Program-made: the position numbers and the translations under genes | IMG/VR virus record: IMGVR_UViG_3300042429_001107 | Reading direction: 5' to 3' (one strand) | From: a virus | Length of the DNA stretch: 64,000 bases | The notes under the pieces: model-generated | What the model was told of the DNA's origin: nothing | Databases searched by the model: none | The model's input: only the letters and a program-made list of their open reading frames with translations | In this document: positions 1-11,726 of the stretch, piece by piece | How positions within the stretch are numbered: the first letter of the stretch is position 1 | Layout: every line of letters begins with the position of its first letter

Positions 1-1
1 T

Positions 2-3000
2 GTAGAGAATCAGATCCCAGTAAATTCTGAAAATGTTTACGTAAAAAGAATTATAGCTAACACTCAAACTGATGTGCAAAAAGCATATTTCGATGCTAAT
101 TTAAAAGGAAGAAATGATATTACTGATTCTGATTTTATTGATTCATTAAAAAGCCAGGGAATTCAATATTTTACTGATGAGCAAATAAATGAATTAGAAT
201 TAAGAACAATAAGATATATTGGATCTTTTGGAGTACTTAGAATTTATGATGAAGAAACTCAGGTAACAGAAAATGGTATCACATCAACTAATACTGTTAG
301 AAAATATAAGTTAACCACATTAAGATATACAGATACTTTAGCAACATCAACAGATTCTAGAACCCTAACAAAAGGTGACACTTTAATGACATCTGGGGGA
401 ACTAAATATGAAATAACATCAATTGACACTACTAATCAAACATTATCTCTAAAAAGATTATTTGGATTTGAAGCAATAAAAATAGGAGATAATGCTCTTA
501 CAATTTATTCTAATGTTTTATCTGATAGAATGGTAGATGTTAATGTGGGATTTGATGAAAGACAAGCTATTTTTATTAAATCTATTGATGGCGATTTTAA
601 TGTTGCATCTAGTAAATATAGTCCTGGTGTTTGTTTCTTGTCTAATGAATTACAAATAAACACATCCGATGGTGTTAAGACATTATCCGAATTCTATTCT
701 TCACAAGTTTCGGATTTTAGTAAGATCTTTATTTCTTCTGCTAAAGAGAATGTTATTCCTGCAGTTTATGGACAAACCCCTTCTGCTCCTGTAGTTTCTC
801 CTGGAAACTTTAAGGTAGTTAAAGTGAATTCACAGATAACAGATTCTAAAGAAAATGTAGATTTTAAAGATAAGATTAAAATTAAAACATCTTTAAAAAA
901 TGAAATAGGTTCAATAGACAGAGCAATAGATCAGACAAGAAAACAACTTTCTGAACTAACTACAACTTCTAAAGGGAAAACACCTACTGCTGAATACAAG
1001 AAATTAAACGATAAGATCACTTCATTAGGCAAAGATAAACAAATCAGAACAGATTTATTAGCTACTACAATTACCGAAGTTAATAATCTAACTATTGCAG
1101 CACCTGAATTAACGGAGGCTCCTAAATATAGAGTCAGAGGATTTTGGCCTATACCTGAGCCAATTATTGATTCTAAAACGGGAGAACAGAATATTGTTCA
1201 ATTTAATGTGAGATACAGATACCTTTCATTAACAGGAAATTCTAATGGTACAACTCAGATTGATTATGTAGACAATAATGGGGTACAAAAGACTGGACAA
1301 TTTACAAATTGGACACAGTTTACAAGCGATTTAAGAAAGAAAGTATATGATTCTAATACTGGAACATATGTTTGGCAAATTGAAGATGTTAGTGATGCTA
1401 ATACGGTAAATATAAATCAATTAGATATTGCTATAACCAAAGGAGAAAAGGTTGAAATACAAGTTCAATCTATATCTGAAGCTGGTTGGCCCACTAATCC
1501 TTTGACTTCTGATTGGTCAACTTCTGCTATAGTAGAATTCCCTGCTAATTTGGTTGTGTCAATAGACAACGGTGCTTTTATAGCACAAAATAGTATGGAT
1601 CAGGCTGTAGTTAAAGTACAGGAGGATTTACAAGCTAAAGGATTAGACCAACATTTATCTACACAGTTTACATCTGGTGATAAATTTTATGCTCATAATT
1701 CATCTGCTATTGCATCAGGATTCTTTGATGGAGCAGGAAAAGCATTAGATTTATTTCAGAAGTTAACTCAAATTGATAATGAATTACAATCATTAAGAGC
1801 ATTAGTAGCTAAAGCAAAAGGCACTTTAGGTGTTTATATAAGAAGCGGTGGTACCTCTAATAAGATTAATCCTGGTAGTACAGTTAATTTATTTGCTGGA
1901 TATTATGATCAATTAATAGATCTTTCAAATCCAGGTAATAAAGGTAAAATAGCATCTGTGATTTATTACTTAGAATTAAGAAATGAAGCTGCTACGCCTT
2001 TAGAACTTTCTTCTTTAATACCTGGAGGACAAGGAGTTAAAGCACCTATCACAATAAGCGGACAGAACGATTATAACAATAACAGAAAATACGGAGAAAC
2101 GCCAATTCAATTATCGGGTATTAACTCTGCTAATGTTGATGTTAATACACCGGGAGCATTTATACAAGCATCAGGATATCAAAGTGGTAATGCCTATTCA
2201 CAATTTGTTTACACTAGGTATAAGAGTGTGGGATTAGGCGAGAATCTTTATTTTATTCCACCTACGGGTTTAATATGGAATAGTACTCAAGGTACTGCTG
2301 ATGGCGCATCACAATTACCTATAAATAATGATGGTATACTTATGCCTTTTGAGCAACCAGGAGCTCCTACAGGAGCTGGTGCTAATGCTAATATTTGGAG
2401 CGGAACTTATACTTCAGCTTTACCTGATGGAAATGGTAGTCTAAATGAATTCTGTGTACATATATCGCATCCAGATATCAATGATGCATCTTCCAGTTCT
2501 TTTTCTAATTTAGAAAGACCATTAGTAATTGGATCTGGAACTATGGCTTATCCTGCATTCAGACATGCTTTAGGATTTGAGACTGACACTAATATAACAT
2601 CTTCTTTATCAACAAGTTTACAAACACTTTCTACTCAACAATTAGAATACTATCCAGCTAATTCGGCATCAGCATTTGGTATTGACGATAATGCTTATCC
2701 TAATAAATTAGGATTTATAGATTCTGATGAGTTCTTATGTGGTAAGTACTCTTGCGGATCTTATTTATTTATAGCACCAACCTCACACACTGCAATACAA
2801 ATAGAAGGATCAACACAGTTAGCTAAAAAGACATTAGAGTTTGGACAAGAAAACGCAATAACAGTTCCTTTAATTTTTCAAATGAGAGCTCAAGATAAAT
2901 TAGGATTTATTGGAGGATGGAGAAATGCTGGTAACCTTAAAAATATCACATACAGTAAAAAAATAGGAATAGATATACAAGTAAGAAACGAGGATTTATT

Positions 3001-3085
3001 TTCTCTTGACGTTCTTGTAACCGGAAGCTATACTAAAACTTCGTTAGTTTCTCCAGCTTATTCACAAAGTAATCAAACTATTTAA
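2..3085 (+). CDS. Large virion structural protein (baseplate/tail-like), 5'-truncated
   Basis: Frame is open from position 2, so the true start is upstream of the window; S/T/G/N-rich beta-type sequence with a coiled-coil stretch; first gene of the structural cluster. Confidence 0.55.
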   Translation, partial: VENQIPVNSENVYVKRIIANTQTDVQKAYFDANLKGRNDITDSDFIDSLKSQGIQYFTDEQINELELRTIRYIGSFGVLRIYDEETQVTENGITSTNTVRKYKLTTLRYTDTLATSTDSRTLTKGDTLMTSGGTKYEITSIDTTNQTLSLKRLFGFEAIKIGDNALTIYSNVLSDRMVDVNVGFDERQAIFIKSIDGDFNVASSKYSPGVCFLSNELQINTSDGVKTLSEFYSSQVSDFSKIFISSAKENVIPAVYGQTPSAPVVSPGNFKVVKVNSQITDSKENVDFKDKIKIKTSLKNEIGSIDRAIDQTRKQLSELTTTSKGKTPTAEYKKLNDKITSLGKDKQIRTDLLATTITEVNNLTIAAPELTEAPKYRVRGFWPIPEPIIDSKTGEQNIVQFNVRYRYLSLTGNSNGTTQIDYVDNNGVQKTGQFTNWTQFTSDLRKKVYDSNTGTYVWQIEDVSDANTVNINQLDIAITKGEKVEIQVQSISEAGWPTNPLTSDWSTSAIVEFPANLVVSIDNGAFIAQNSMDQAVVKVQEDLQAKGLDQHLSTQFTSGDKFYAHNSSAIASGFFDGAGKALDLFQKLTQIDNELQSLRALVAKAKGTLGVYIRSGGTSNKINPGSTVNLFAGYYDQLIDLSNPGNKGKIASVIYYLELRNEAATPLELSSLIPGGQGVKAPITISGQNDYNNNRKYGETPIQLSGINSANVDVNTPGAFIQASGYQSGNAYSQFVYTRYKSVGLGENLYFIPPTGLIWNSTQGTADGASQLPINNDGILMPFEQPGAPTGAGANANIWSGTYTSALPDGNGSLNEFCVHISHPDINDASSSSFSNLERPLVIGSGTMAYPAFRHALGFETDTNITSSLSTSLQTLSTQQLEYYPANSASAFGIDDNAYPNKLGFIDSDEFLCGKYSCGSYLFIAPTSHTAIQIEGSTQLAKKTLEFGQENAITVPLIFQMRAQDKLGFIGGWRNAGNLKNITYSKKIGIDIQVRNEDLFSLDVLVTGSYTKTSLVSPAYSQSNQTI

Positions 3086-3088
3086 TAA

Positions 3089-6000
3089 GTGGCTAGAAAA
3101 ATAATAAAACAGACCTCATCTTTTGGGGTACTTAGAGCAAATCCTAGAATATCTGGTAATGTTAAAATAACCGTGGATTCTAGTAAAGGGATCTGGCTTA
3201 ATTCGATAGATTCTAATTCGGAAATGTCTAATAGTGCTTATAAAGGATTTAGTATATCACCGGATTCATCATTTGATAAGGATTTATATAGATTTTTTGA
3301 CGAGGGGAAGACTCCACCGCAATTTGTTTTTGGACTTATTGGAGAAGAAGAACCTGTACAAAATCAAACAAATGATCTATCAAGTGTATACAATTTCTTT
3401 TATAGCTCAGGTGTATCACCTTTAGCTTCTGATAGATATTCGGAAGATTTCACTTATCTTGCACCTTTATGGATAGGTGAGGATATTCCTGATCATTTTG
3501 TTATATTCAAAGTGAATGATCCTATAGATTATTCTTATAAGATACCAGTTACATCTTTAGTAGTGGGAAAATTATATAAAGTATTACAAGACACAACAGT
3601 AGATGCTACTGCTCCTGGTTACTTACCTTATAAAATATCAAGTAATACTGTTACATATACGGACGGAAATGTTTTTACTGCTGCATCTACATTATTTAAT
3701 GTTACACAAGGAAGCGGAACAGTGATATTATTAGATTCTTCTTATAATATAAGCTCCGTAGAGGACACAGAAAACCATTTCTATGATAAGATCTTACCTA
3801 AGGCTACAATAGTGTCTACGTTCGATCTCACTGAAGATTCTGATATTGGTAAATATTTAAGAAAAATAAAAACAACTCCAGGATATACGGAGAATTTAAT
3901 AGACGCAAGATTTGAAGATAATCAATTAACTACATTTAATGGGGTTAATTATAATGTTGGTATATTCGATAAAAAAGGTGATTATCTTTTTGATTATTAT
4001 GAAAATGCAGAAACACAAATAGGATTTGAGGATTTTATAACTAATGGATTTAGAAATAATGGAATTCTTAGTTATAAACTATTAAATATGGAATTCCTAT
4101 TTAATGATACAGACTCGGAAAATTACACCATAAATAGATATTTTGGTCTTTATGTTAATGCTCCAGAGTTAGCTAAATTTAAACTTGATGGGGATTCACT
4201 ATTTAAAAGTCTTGGATCTTCAGGAAATACACCAATCCCAGATAGAAATGATAAGGGATATTATAGCCAAGAAAATAGTTATTTCCAATACAACGACAAT
4301 GGTGTTAGAATTTATATAGATCCCAATTATATCACTGGTGTTCTTCCAAATTCTGATGATGTAAACATTTTAGAGCAAACCAAATTATTTTGGATAAAAG
4401 ATAAGAATGGAAATTTTCATTCATTAAAGAGAGAAATAGATTATGGAATAACTTCTCCGACTTCTTCTTATACAACTTATGGATTAGGTCCAACAGAGAA
4501 TGAATTAGTTATACAAGATGTTTCTTTAGATCTTAGTTTACTTACTGGTAAAGATGATTCAACAAAGAAACAATATAAAGCAGTAAGCACGGGGGAAAAA
4601 GGAAGAGGATATTCAGTAATAAGAATTGGCGGAACGTTAACAAACAACAATGAAAATTGTTTCTTATTTTATAATCCATTAGGAGCTTATGGAGTTCCTG
4701 GTTCTAAATATGATATACTTAGAGCTTCTGATATGTCATCGATTGTAGATGAATGGGGTCCTGGAAGTTTTTATTCTCAAGATAGCACATACTATTATCA
4801 TGCAGGAGGAACAAAAGAAGATATAGCAAAAGCATTATCGGGATTATTAAACAGTTTTAATTATAATTCATTTGAAGCATTTGAATCTGGTGATGAATTA
4901 GTAATAAGAACTAAAGCAACAGGTACACAGGAAAATAATAAATATTATCTTGACTTCTTTTTAAATCTGTCAACTAATCAAAGAATGCCAGATTCACAAA
5001 GAGGTATCGTTTTTATAAACGAGAAAGATGCCTGTGATATAAACCAAAAGCAATCTTTTGTTGGAGGATCTAATTATTCTAATACTAGAATAAAAGTTAA
5101 AATAGAAGATGCAAATAAAATAGAAGTTGGTAAAACTTTTATTGACACAGTAAAAAATACATCAACCGATTCTTTTAGCGGATTATCAACATATTCTAAT
5201 AAGTCTTCATCTGTAGTTATAGGTAAGTATAGGTTCATTGATCAATATTCTAAAGATGAAAAAGGAGAGATTATAGGAATTAAAGACTTTGAAACTCATG
5301 CAACTTTAGAGATTAAGAATTTCACAGAAACTGTAGCCATTGGCTCATCTGGAGATATCTCTGCATTTAATACATACGATATACCTTTAGGAGTATTCTC
5401 ATTCTACGGTCTAAGAGAGATTGATATGGATTTTTGGTCAAGTCAATATGGCTATACACCCACTGAGGAATATTATAAATACTTAGATGTTCAGCCTTCT
5501 GGAGTTACTAAAATAATTCCAGGTAAAACATATTTTGTATCTAATGGAGCAGAAATAACATACGGGGCTTCATCTATAAATGGTCCTGATTTCTTTGAAG
5601 GTATTGCAGGAAATGAAGAATATACTCTGGTTACTTCCTCTACAGGAGCAGAGTCTAATGTTTTTCCTACATTATCATCAAGAGGTCTTATAACATCAGG
5701 AATAACGGGAAGTAATTTTGATTATACTTTCTATCCAGACCTAGATGCTTTCCCTGGATTTTATGGGATACAATCTCTACAATTTATTAATAATACTAAT
5801 GGTATTGATACTAAATATGATGTATTAAATTTTGGTAAATTAGACTCTGAATATGATTACACTCAAGATAATTATAATCCTGAATTTGCTTTAAAAAGTA
5901 GGGTAAGTCCTTATATAACAAAATGGGTTTATAACGGAGGAACAGATATTAGAGGAAATGGATACAGACTAAATTCAAATATTGCTTTTAGTCCTCTAAA

Positions 6001-8704
6001 TTTCTCACCAAGCTTTTTTAAAAGATCGCAAGATCCACAATACTTTACCCACGAATGGTATCATCTACAGAAACCCCCTTATTCTATACCAGAATCAAAT
6101 CTTCATATTGATAAAAATTATTTAGCAGAAGAAATAGATGAGACTTTATTGACTGATACCAATCCCTCTTTAAGAGATTATTTCTTAGATTATTTCTCAA
6201 TTGAAGGTGAGGATCTTAATCCTTATTACCCTACAAGTTCAACAATTGATAAAATAGATTTAACGGAAAGATTCTCACTGTTCAATTTCAATTCAGGAAA
6301 TGGATTTTCTGAAACATTATATAGAGGAGCTAAGGTAAGGATCAAGAGAACATTTACTGATTATGCACAGGGGGAATCTATAAAATATGTAGATGATGAT
6401 ACATTTTATGATGATTACAAATTCTCTTGTGTAATAGTTCCTATAAAAAATATAAGTGACGAGATACAGACACCGGTAAAAGTTAAAATTATTGAAAATA
6501 GAACTTTTAAAAATATCACTTTTGTTGTTGAGGTTCTTATTGAAGATGCTAGAGCATTAGATTTTGAAAATATTAGCCCGGAACTTCAATATTTGAATCT
6601 TGACTATTTCTTACTTTATTCTCTAAAAGATAAACTAGATAGCCAATATTATCCAGTAAGCTCACCACCTAGTTGGTTACCTAATAATGATATTGAATTA
6701 CCAAAAATAGGAGATGTTAAACTTTCTTCTTCTTTGAATGTCTCAACCAATCCCAATTCACAAGGATTTTTCTCCATAGTTAATAGTTTTACAACAGGAG
6801 ATTCTGGAACTATATATGTTGTACCAAATCCTAATTATGAATCAGATCTAAGAGAGGAAATTAATTTTACATATTTACCTAGTGTGGTACCTTCTGTAGC
6901 TGGCCCAAATTCTACTAGTCCTGGATCTTTCTACGGAATAGTAGGAAATTCAGGAGTAGGAGGTGGTTATACTTTACCTTTCCCTACGGGAGTTTCAGAA
7001 GATGCTGTTAAATTCACAGCTATTGATTCTAATTATGGATTTGATTTCAGTGAAATTGGTTTAGCAGGTCCTTTAGATATACCATCAACCGCTAATTACA
7101 CTGCTATTTCGAATATACCAATTTATCAAAGAGAAGGAGGCAAATCATACTGGGGTAATATATTAGAAAAAATATCATTTGCTAATTTATCACTTTGGGT
7201 TAATACTGAATATCCATATATAGAATATAAGACTTATGTGTGGAACGAAACGACTAATACCACGGATATTTTAGATAATCAGTTTGTTTTAGAATTCATT
7301 AAACCTTCTACATTTGTTCAAAATTCTATTCTATTCCCTGAAGAAATAGAAGATAAACCTCAAGAGCTTTCTTTATTTAACGTGGGATATAATATAACAG
7401 AATTAGAGGGAGAAACAGAATTATACAGATATGGCGGAGGTTATATTCCTAGCTTTAGAGAGATTCTAAAATTTGAGAATGTAAAGTATGACATACCTTT
7501 ATGGACTACGCCTTCTGCTTATACATTTACTGTTAAAGTTACCGATAAAATAGAGGGGACAGAACTATATGATTTAGGTGCTAATTTATGTTACGAAATA
7601 AACGGGAACACACAAGGGGAAATATCATTAATCAAAGGTGTCACTTATTTCTTTAATCTTAGCGATTCTAGTAATACTGGATATCATATATATTTTTCTC
7701 GAAATAATATTGGCAATTCTTATTCCACTGATGCTTTAACTCAAGGATATAGCTTAATTGGAACACCAGGAACTTCGGGATCTTATATAATGTTTAAGGT
7801 TCCTTATGACTTTTCTTCTGAAGTTTATTATGTTGCAGAGGGGGGAAAATATATGGGACATAAAATAAATGTAATAGATTCTATAGAATATTCATATTGT
7901 TCTTTTGGTCCAAGTAAGGATAATTTTGGAAACGTTAAAAACGTTAACTATTATAAATATGCAACCGATTGGATATTCAGAATAGGACAGAATTCTCCAT
8001 ATAATCCCACTTATAATTTAATAGGTGAAACACCAATAGATAAAAGAGATCTTTCTCTTTTTGAGAGCTCTTGGGACGCAGGATTTTATAGACAATACTC
8101 GGGTCCTACTGGATATGTGAGTTTGCCGGGAACTAAAAATATGAAAGAAGAAAAATCTTTCTTTGGTAGCAAAGTAATGCAAACCCCTGACACAATTAAT
8201 TCACAAAAACAGATTGTTTATCCTAATTCACTTAAAGGCGTATTAGATCTTAATTATAACAATTATGCTAATTACGAAATACTTTGGGAAAACACACCAA
8301 CAGAACTAAGAGGTGTTCTATTAGTTGATAGAATGTTAACAAGATTCTTCTTAGAAAATGGAGGTAAAGAATCTTTTAATAAATTTATAATTCCTGAATT
8401 TGGATTTGGTAGTTTGTCTGATGTGGATGATGATTTTATAGAATACATAAAATTAAATGTATTGCCTATTTTCCAATCTAAAGATAATGGATCTTATTTG
8501 AAAAAAACACCAGTTGCAGACACGCAGACATTAATTCCCGTTACTGGTGATCTTGCAGATTATCAAAAATTAATAAATGGCTATTACCCTTCACAAGAGA
8601 TTAGATACACTAAAGTTAATGAATTAAAATACGAATTTAGAATACCAAAGGATCCTTCATTTAATTATTCTCTAGCATTTTCTATACAGATAGGGAAAAT
8701 TTAA
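3089..8704 (+). CDS. Very large virion structural protein (baseplate wedge-like), 1871 aa
   Basis: GTG start, long Y/F/N/D-rich ORF in the structural cluster; no catalytic motif recognised. Confidence 0.5.
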   Translation: MARKIIKQTSSFGVLRANPRISGNVKITVDSSKGIWLNSIDSNSEMSNSAYKGFSISPDSSFDKDLYRFFDEGKTPPQFVFGLIGEEEPVQNQTNDLSSVYNFFYSSGVSPLASDRYSEDFTYLAPLWIGEDIPDHFVIFKVNDPIDYSYKIPVTSLVVGKLYKVLQDTTVDATAPGYLPYKISSNTVTYTDGNVFTAASTLFNVTQGSGTVILLDSSYNISSVEDTENHFYDKILPKATIVSTFDLTEDSDIGKYLRKIKTTPGYTENLIDARFEDNQLTTFNGVNYNVGIFDKKGDYLFDYYENAETQIGFEDFITNGFRNNGILSYKLLNMEFLFNDTDSENYTINRYFGLYVNAPELAKFKLDGDSLFKSLGSSGNTPIPDRNDKGYYSQENSYFQYNDNGVRIYIDPNYITGVLPNSDDVNILEQTKLFWIKDKNGNFHSLKREIDYGITSPTSSYTTYGLGPTENELVIQDVSLDLSLLTGKDDSTKKQYKAVSTGEKGRGYSVIRIGGTLTNNNENCFLFYNPLGAYGVPGSKYDILRASDMSSIVDEWGPGSFYSQDSTYYYHAGGTKEDIAKALSGLLNSFNYNSFEAFESGDELVIRTKATGTQENNKYYLDFFLNLSTNQRMPDSQRGIVFINEKDACDINQKQSFVGGSNYSNTRIKVKIEDANKIEVGKTFIDTVKNTSTDSFSGLSTYSNKSSSVVIGKYRFIDQYSKDEKGEIIGIKDFETHATLEIKNFTETVAIGSSGDISAFNTYDIPLGVFSFYGLREIDMDFWSSQYGYTPTEEYYKYLDVQPSGVTKIIPGKTYFVSNGAEITYGASSINGPDFFEGIAGNEEYTLVTSSTGAESNVFPTLSSRGLITSGITGSNFDYTFYPDLDAFPGFYGIQSLQFINNTNGIDTKYDVLNFGKLDSEYDYTQDNYNPEFALKSRVSPYITKWVYNGGTDIRGNGYRLNSNIAFSPLNFSPSFFKRSQDPQYFTHEWYHLQKPPYSIPESNLHIDKNYLAEEIDETLLTDTNPSLRDYFLDYFSIEGEDLNPYYPTSSTIDKIDLTERFSLFNFNSGNGFSETLYRGAKVRIKRTFTDYAQGESIKYVDDDTFYDDYKFSCVIVPIKNISDEIQTPVKVKIIENRTFKNITFVVEVLIEDARALDFENISPELQYLNLDYFLLYSLKDKLDSQYYPVSSPPSWLPNNDIELPKIGDVKLSSSLNVSTNPNSQGFFSIVNSFTTGDSGTIYVVPNPNYESDLREEINFTYLPSVVPSVAGPNSTSPGSFYGIVGNSGVGGGYTLPFPTGVSEDAVKFTAIDSNYGFDFSEIGLAGPLDIPSTANYTAISNIPIYQREGGKSYWGNILEKISFANLSLWVNTEYPYIEYKTYVWNETTNTTDILDNQFVLEFIKPSTFVQNSILFPEEIEDKPQELSLFNVGYNITELEGETELYRYGGGYIPSFREILKFENVKYDIPLWTTPSAYTFTVKVTDKIEGTELYDLGANLCYEINGNTQGEISLIKGVTYFFNLSDSSNTGYHIYFSRNNIGNSYSTDALTQGYSLIGTPGTSGSYIMFKVPYDFSSEVYYVAEGGKYMGHKINVIDSIEYSYCSFGPSKDNFGNVKNVNYYKYATDWIFRIGQNSPYNPTYNLIGETPIDKRDLSLFESSWDAGFYRQYSGPTGYVSLPGTKNMKEEKSFFGSKVMQTPDTINSQKQIVYPNSLKGVLDLNYNNYANYEILWENTPTELRGVLLVDRMLTRFFLENGGKESFNKFIIPEFGFGSLSDVDDDFIEYIKLNVLPIFQSKDNGSYLKKTPVADTQTLIPVTGDLADYQKLINGYYPSQEIRYTKVNELKYEFRIPKDPSFNYSLAFSIQIGKI

Positions 8705-8720
8705 TGAGGATCGAATTTTT

Positions 8721-8743
8721 GATATATATTGTAACTATAAATA
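8721..8743 (+). promoter_or_regulatory. Late-type promoter GATATATA (8721-8728) plus TATAAATA (8736-8743)
   Basis: Intergenic recurrent motif directly upstream of the fibre gene. Confidence 0.6.
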
Positions 8744-8746
8744 GAG

Positions 8747-11521
8747 ATGCCGCAGATTAACATATTAAACATTTTACAGGGAGACAATCAATCAACAATA
8801 GTTGACAAGATTAATTATAACTATGACCAAATACTTAGTGCTGGTGGTGGTCCGCAAGGACAACAAGGACTGATAGGTCCTACAGGATCTGTTGGTCCAC
8901 AAGGACCACAAGGTGTTCAAGGAGTACAAGGTCCTTCAGGGACTAAATGGTTTGTTCAAGATAGCGCCCCAGCTATTAGTAATATAACAGGATCTAATCC
9001 ATGGACATTTCCCACATTAGGAGATTATTGGTTAGACCCAGATTCTGCAAATCAAGAAGTTTATGTACTCTCTGCTACTGGATGGGTTGATACAGGATAT
9101 GGATTAAATGCCGGAGAGTTATTTCAAAAAGTTACACCAATTGATATAGTTGGAGGTGCTACTGGCTCTGGTATATTAATATCAGGAACTGGAACTAGTG
9201 GTGCTACTGCTGCCACATTGGTACTTTCAGATGCTTCAATTAGTGATTATACACCAGGAGGATCAGCAATATATAATGTTAATTACGAAGGAGCTAAATT
9301 AAAAATAGCCACTAGAAATGATAGACTTAAGATATTAAGTTTTGGCAGAGCTGATCTTGATATTACAACAGGGGCAGGTGCTACTGGATACCTAAATAAC
9401 CCTTCACTAGAATGGGATACATCAAGCCCAGTAGCTCCTAATTTTTATGATATCTCTTTAAGAAACCCAGGGGGATCTATAGGTATAATATCTTCAGCTA
9501 CTGCAGCTTCGGGAGGAGTAAATATTCTTGCTAAGGGTGAAATAACAGCAACTAGTAGTGAGGATAACATAATGCTAAGAACCCCAATACCAAATAAAGG
9601 TACATTTATTAGTGCAGCTTCTAATGGTGGATTTCTAGAATTATCAAATCAATCATCAGGAAATCCTAGCAATAATACCAATGCTCCTTTATTTGCTAAT
9701 GCAACAGGATTAGGTATTGGTTTAGGTACAGGTCAATTTAGACAATCAGGAGACGATTCAAGAAGATTAGGGGTATTTGGAAATACTAGTATATCTAAAA
9801 CTCTTTCACTACATACTGGAGTTTTATTTACTGGTAATGCTTTATCTCCTCTAAATAACAATAAAGGTGTATTATTTGTAGAGGGACACAGTATGTTCGG
9901 GCACACAAATCCTACCGGGGATAATTCAGGAGGAATACAAACAACAGGTATGGCAGAGGCGAGTAATAGATTTCCTCAATTATTTGTCACATCTCCTAAC
10001 TACGGACCAGGAGTACAAGTAAGAACAAAGGGAGCTTCTACATATGCACCAAGAACTATAATAGGTGACGGTGTATTTGATTTCACTTCTGCTGGTGGTG
10101 CAACATCATCTGCAGGTACTGGTCCTGACATCACACAAGAGTTTTACGCTAATAGTAGCCACTTATTTGGCGCTGGTCCATTAATAAGTTATCAGCATAA
10201 GATATCAACACCAACAAATACCACAGGTTTTGCTCCTGTATTTAGTATTACTACGTATACTAATTCAGGTGTTTATAGTGCTAATAATGTTGCATCAAGG
10301 ACTTTAATTCAAACTAAAAATTCTAATAGGTTATTAGAAATAATGGCGAACGGTACAGGAGGAGGAAATAAGCTTAATCTAGTAGCTGGTACGTATCCAT
10401 TACTAAGTGTAAATAGTGGTTCTGGAGCAACTGCAGGAGGAGTTTCTATAGGATCTTCTTCTAATACTTATTCTACTATATTATTACCCTTAACTGGATC
10501 AACTTTTATTGGAGGTAATGCTAATAATCACAGTTTACTTGTAACAGGAGTACAGACTATAGGTACTGATAGTCCTATATCAATGTTTAATAATAGTGCA
10601 AAAGGACAAAACCAACTAGTTGGTGGTAATTCTTTACTTAAGATTTCAAGAGAGCTATATTCAACAACAACATTATCAAAAGGATCGCCTTCTGCAGCTG
10701 GATACTCCGTTAATAATTATCCTAACGGATTAGAGATAACATCTTTTATACCTTTAACATCAAGCACAAGCCTGAATGCCAATAAATCAGTAGCTATTGC
10801 AGTTGGCGCAAAAACATTAATTAGTGGTACAGCCATTGCTAATACTACTGGATTCTTTGTAAGCGATTCTGGGGAAAATATAGCTGTTGGACAGGCTATA
10901 GATTATACTGCTGCTATAGGAGTTTCCGGAGCCGGTACAGATTATGCTATTAAGGCAAAAGGAAGTGTTGGAGTAACGGGAGGAAATGTTGAGGTAACAG
11001 GAAATGTTGGTGTGACGGGAAATGTTGGAGTAACAGGAAATGTTGGTATTGTAGGTGATACATCAGCAACGGGTGATCTTACTGTTACAAATGATGTAAT
11101 TATTGGACCAAGTACAGGATCTTTAACATTAAATGCAAGTAGTAAGATAAAGAAAACGTGGACAGGATACGCATTTTTCTACTTTAATGAACCAGCCGAT
11201 CCAATAATAGCTTATGACTTTGGTGATCCTTATACTACAGGAGCATTGCCTACTGGATTTGGTTATAATCAAGCTGGAGGTGCATCGAATGCGAATAGTG
11301 CAACAATTGTTTTAACACATCCTACTATAGATCCTTTAAAAACCACTGTACACGTAACTGGTAGATATGCAGGTTCCGGTTTTACCGATTCTTTATTTTG
11401 TTTCTTTACATCATCACCCCAAGTAACTACTACAAATATCTATATCCGGAGAATGATTAATTGGAATGATGGTAATAACGTTAAGCTAGGATTTAATTTT
11501 ACTATTATAGAATACTATTAA
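8747..11521 (+). CDS. Tail fibre-like protein with short collagen segment
   Basis: N-terminal KINYNYDQI anchor-like motif, (GPQ)n collagen, G/S/T-rich body, GNVGVT repeats near the C-terminus. Confidence 0.65.
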   Translation: MPQINILNILQGDNQSTIVDKINYNYDQILSAGGGPQGQQGLIGPTGSVGPQGPQGVQGVQGPSGTKWFVQDSAPAISNITGSNPWTFPTLGDYWLDPDSANQEVYVLSATGWVDTGYGLNAGELFQKVTPIDIVGGATGSGILISGTGTSGATAATLVLSDASISDYTPGGSAIYNVNYEGAKLKIATRNDRLKILSFGRADLDITTGAGATGYLNNPSLEWDTSSPVAPNFYDISLRNPGGSIGIISSATAASGGVNILAKGEITATSSEDNIMLRTPIPNKGTFISAASNGGFLELSNQSSGNPSNNTNAPLFANATGLGIGLGTGQFRQSGDDSRRLGVFGNTSISKTLSLHTGVLFTGNALSPLNNNKGVLFVEGHSMFGHTNPTGDNSGGIQTTGMAEASNRFPQLFVTSPNYGPGVQVRTKGASTYAPRTIIGDGVFDFTSAGGATSSAGTGPDITQEFYANSSHLFGAGPLISYQHKISTPTNTTGFAPVFSITTYTNSGVYSANNVASRTLIQTKNSNRLLEIMANGTGGGNKLNLVAGTYPLLSVNSGSGATAGGVSIGSSSNTYSTILLPLTGSTFIGGNANNHSLLVTGVQTIGTDSPISMFNNSAKGQNQLVGGNSLLKISRELYSTTTLSKGSPSAAGYSVNNYPNGLEITSFIPLTSSTSLNANKSVAIAVGAKTLISGTAIANTTGFFVSDSGENIAVGQAIDYTAAIGVSGAGTDYAIKAKGSVGVTGGNVEVTGNVGVTGNVGVTGNVGIVGDTSATGDLTVTNDVIIGPSTGSLTLNASSKIKKTWTGYAFFYFNEPADPIIAYDFGDPYTTGALPTGFGYNQAGGASNANSATIVLTHPTIDPLKTTVHVTGRYAGSGFTDSLFCFFTSSPQVTTTNIYIRRMINWNDGNNVKLGFNFTIIEYY

Positions 11522-11522
11522 T

Positions 11523-11726
11523 ATGAAGAAATGGTTTATTGAACAATATAATGATATACATGATAATCTTTCCGCAATAGAGAAAGAGATTGGATATCAT
11601 TTAGAGAACAAAGAGAATCTTATCGGTCGCGAAGAGATTATCGAGTCTCTTAAAACCAAAGCTCAATTAGAGATTGAGCGATTAAATAAAACAAGAGAAG
11701 ATGAAAGAAGAATCTTTAATTACTAA
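11523..11726 (+). CDS. Small coiled-coil hypothetical protein
   Basis: Tightly packed ORF following the fibre gene. Confidence 0.5.
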   Translation: MKKWFIEQYNDIHDNLSAIEKEIGYHLENKENLIGREEIIESLKTKAQLEIERLNKTREDERRIFNY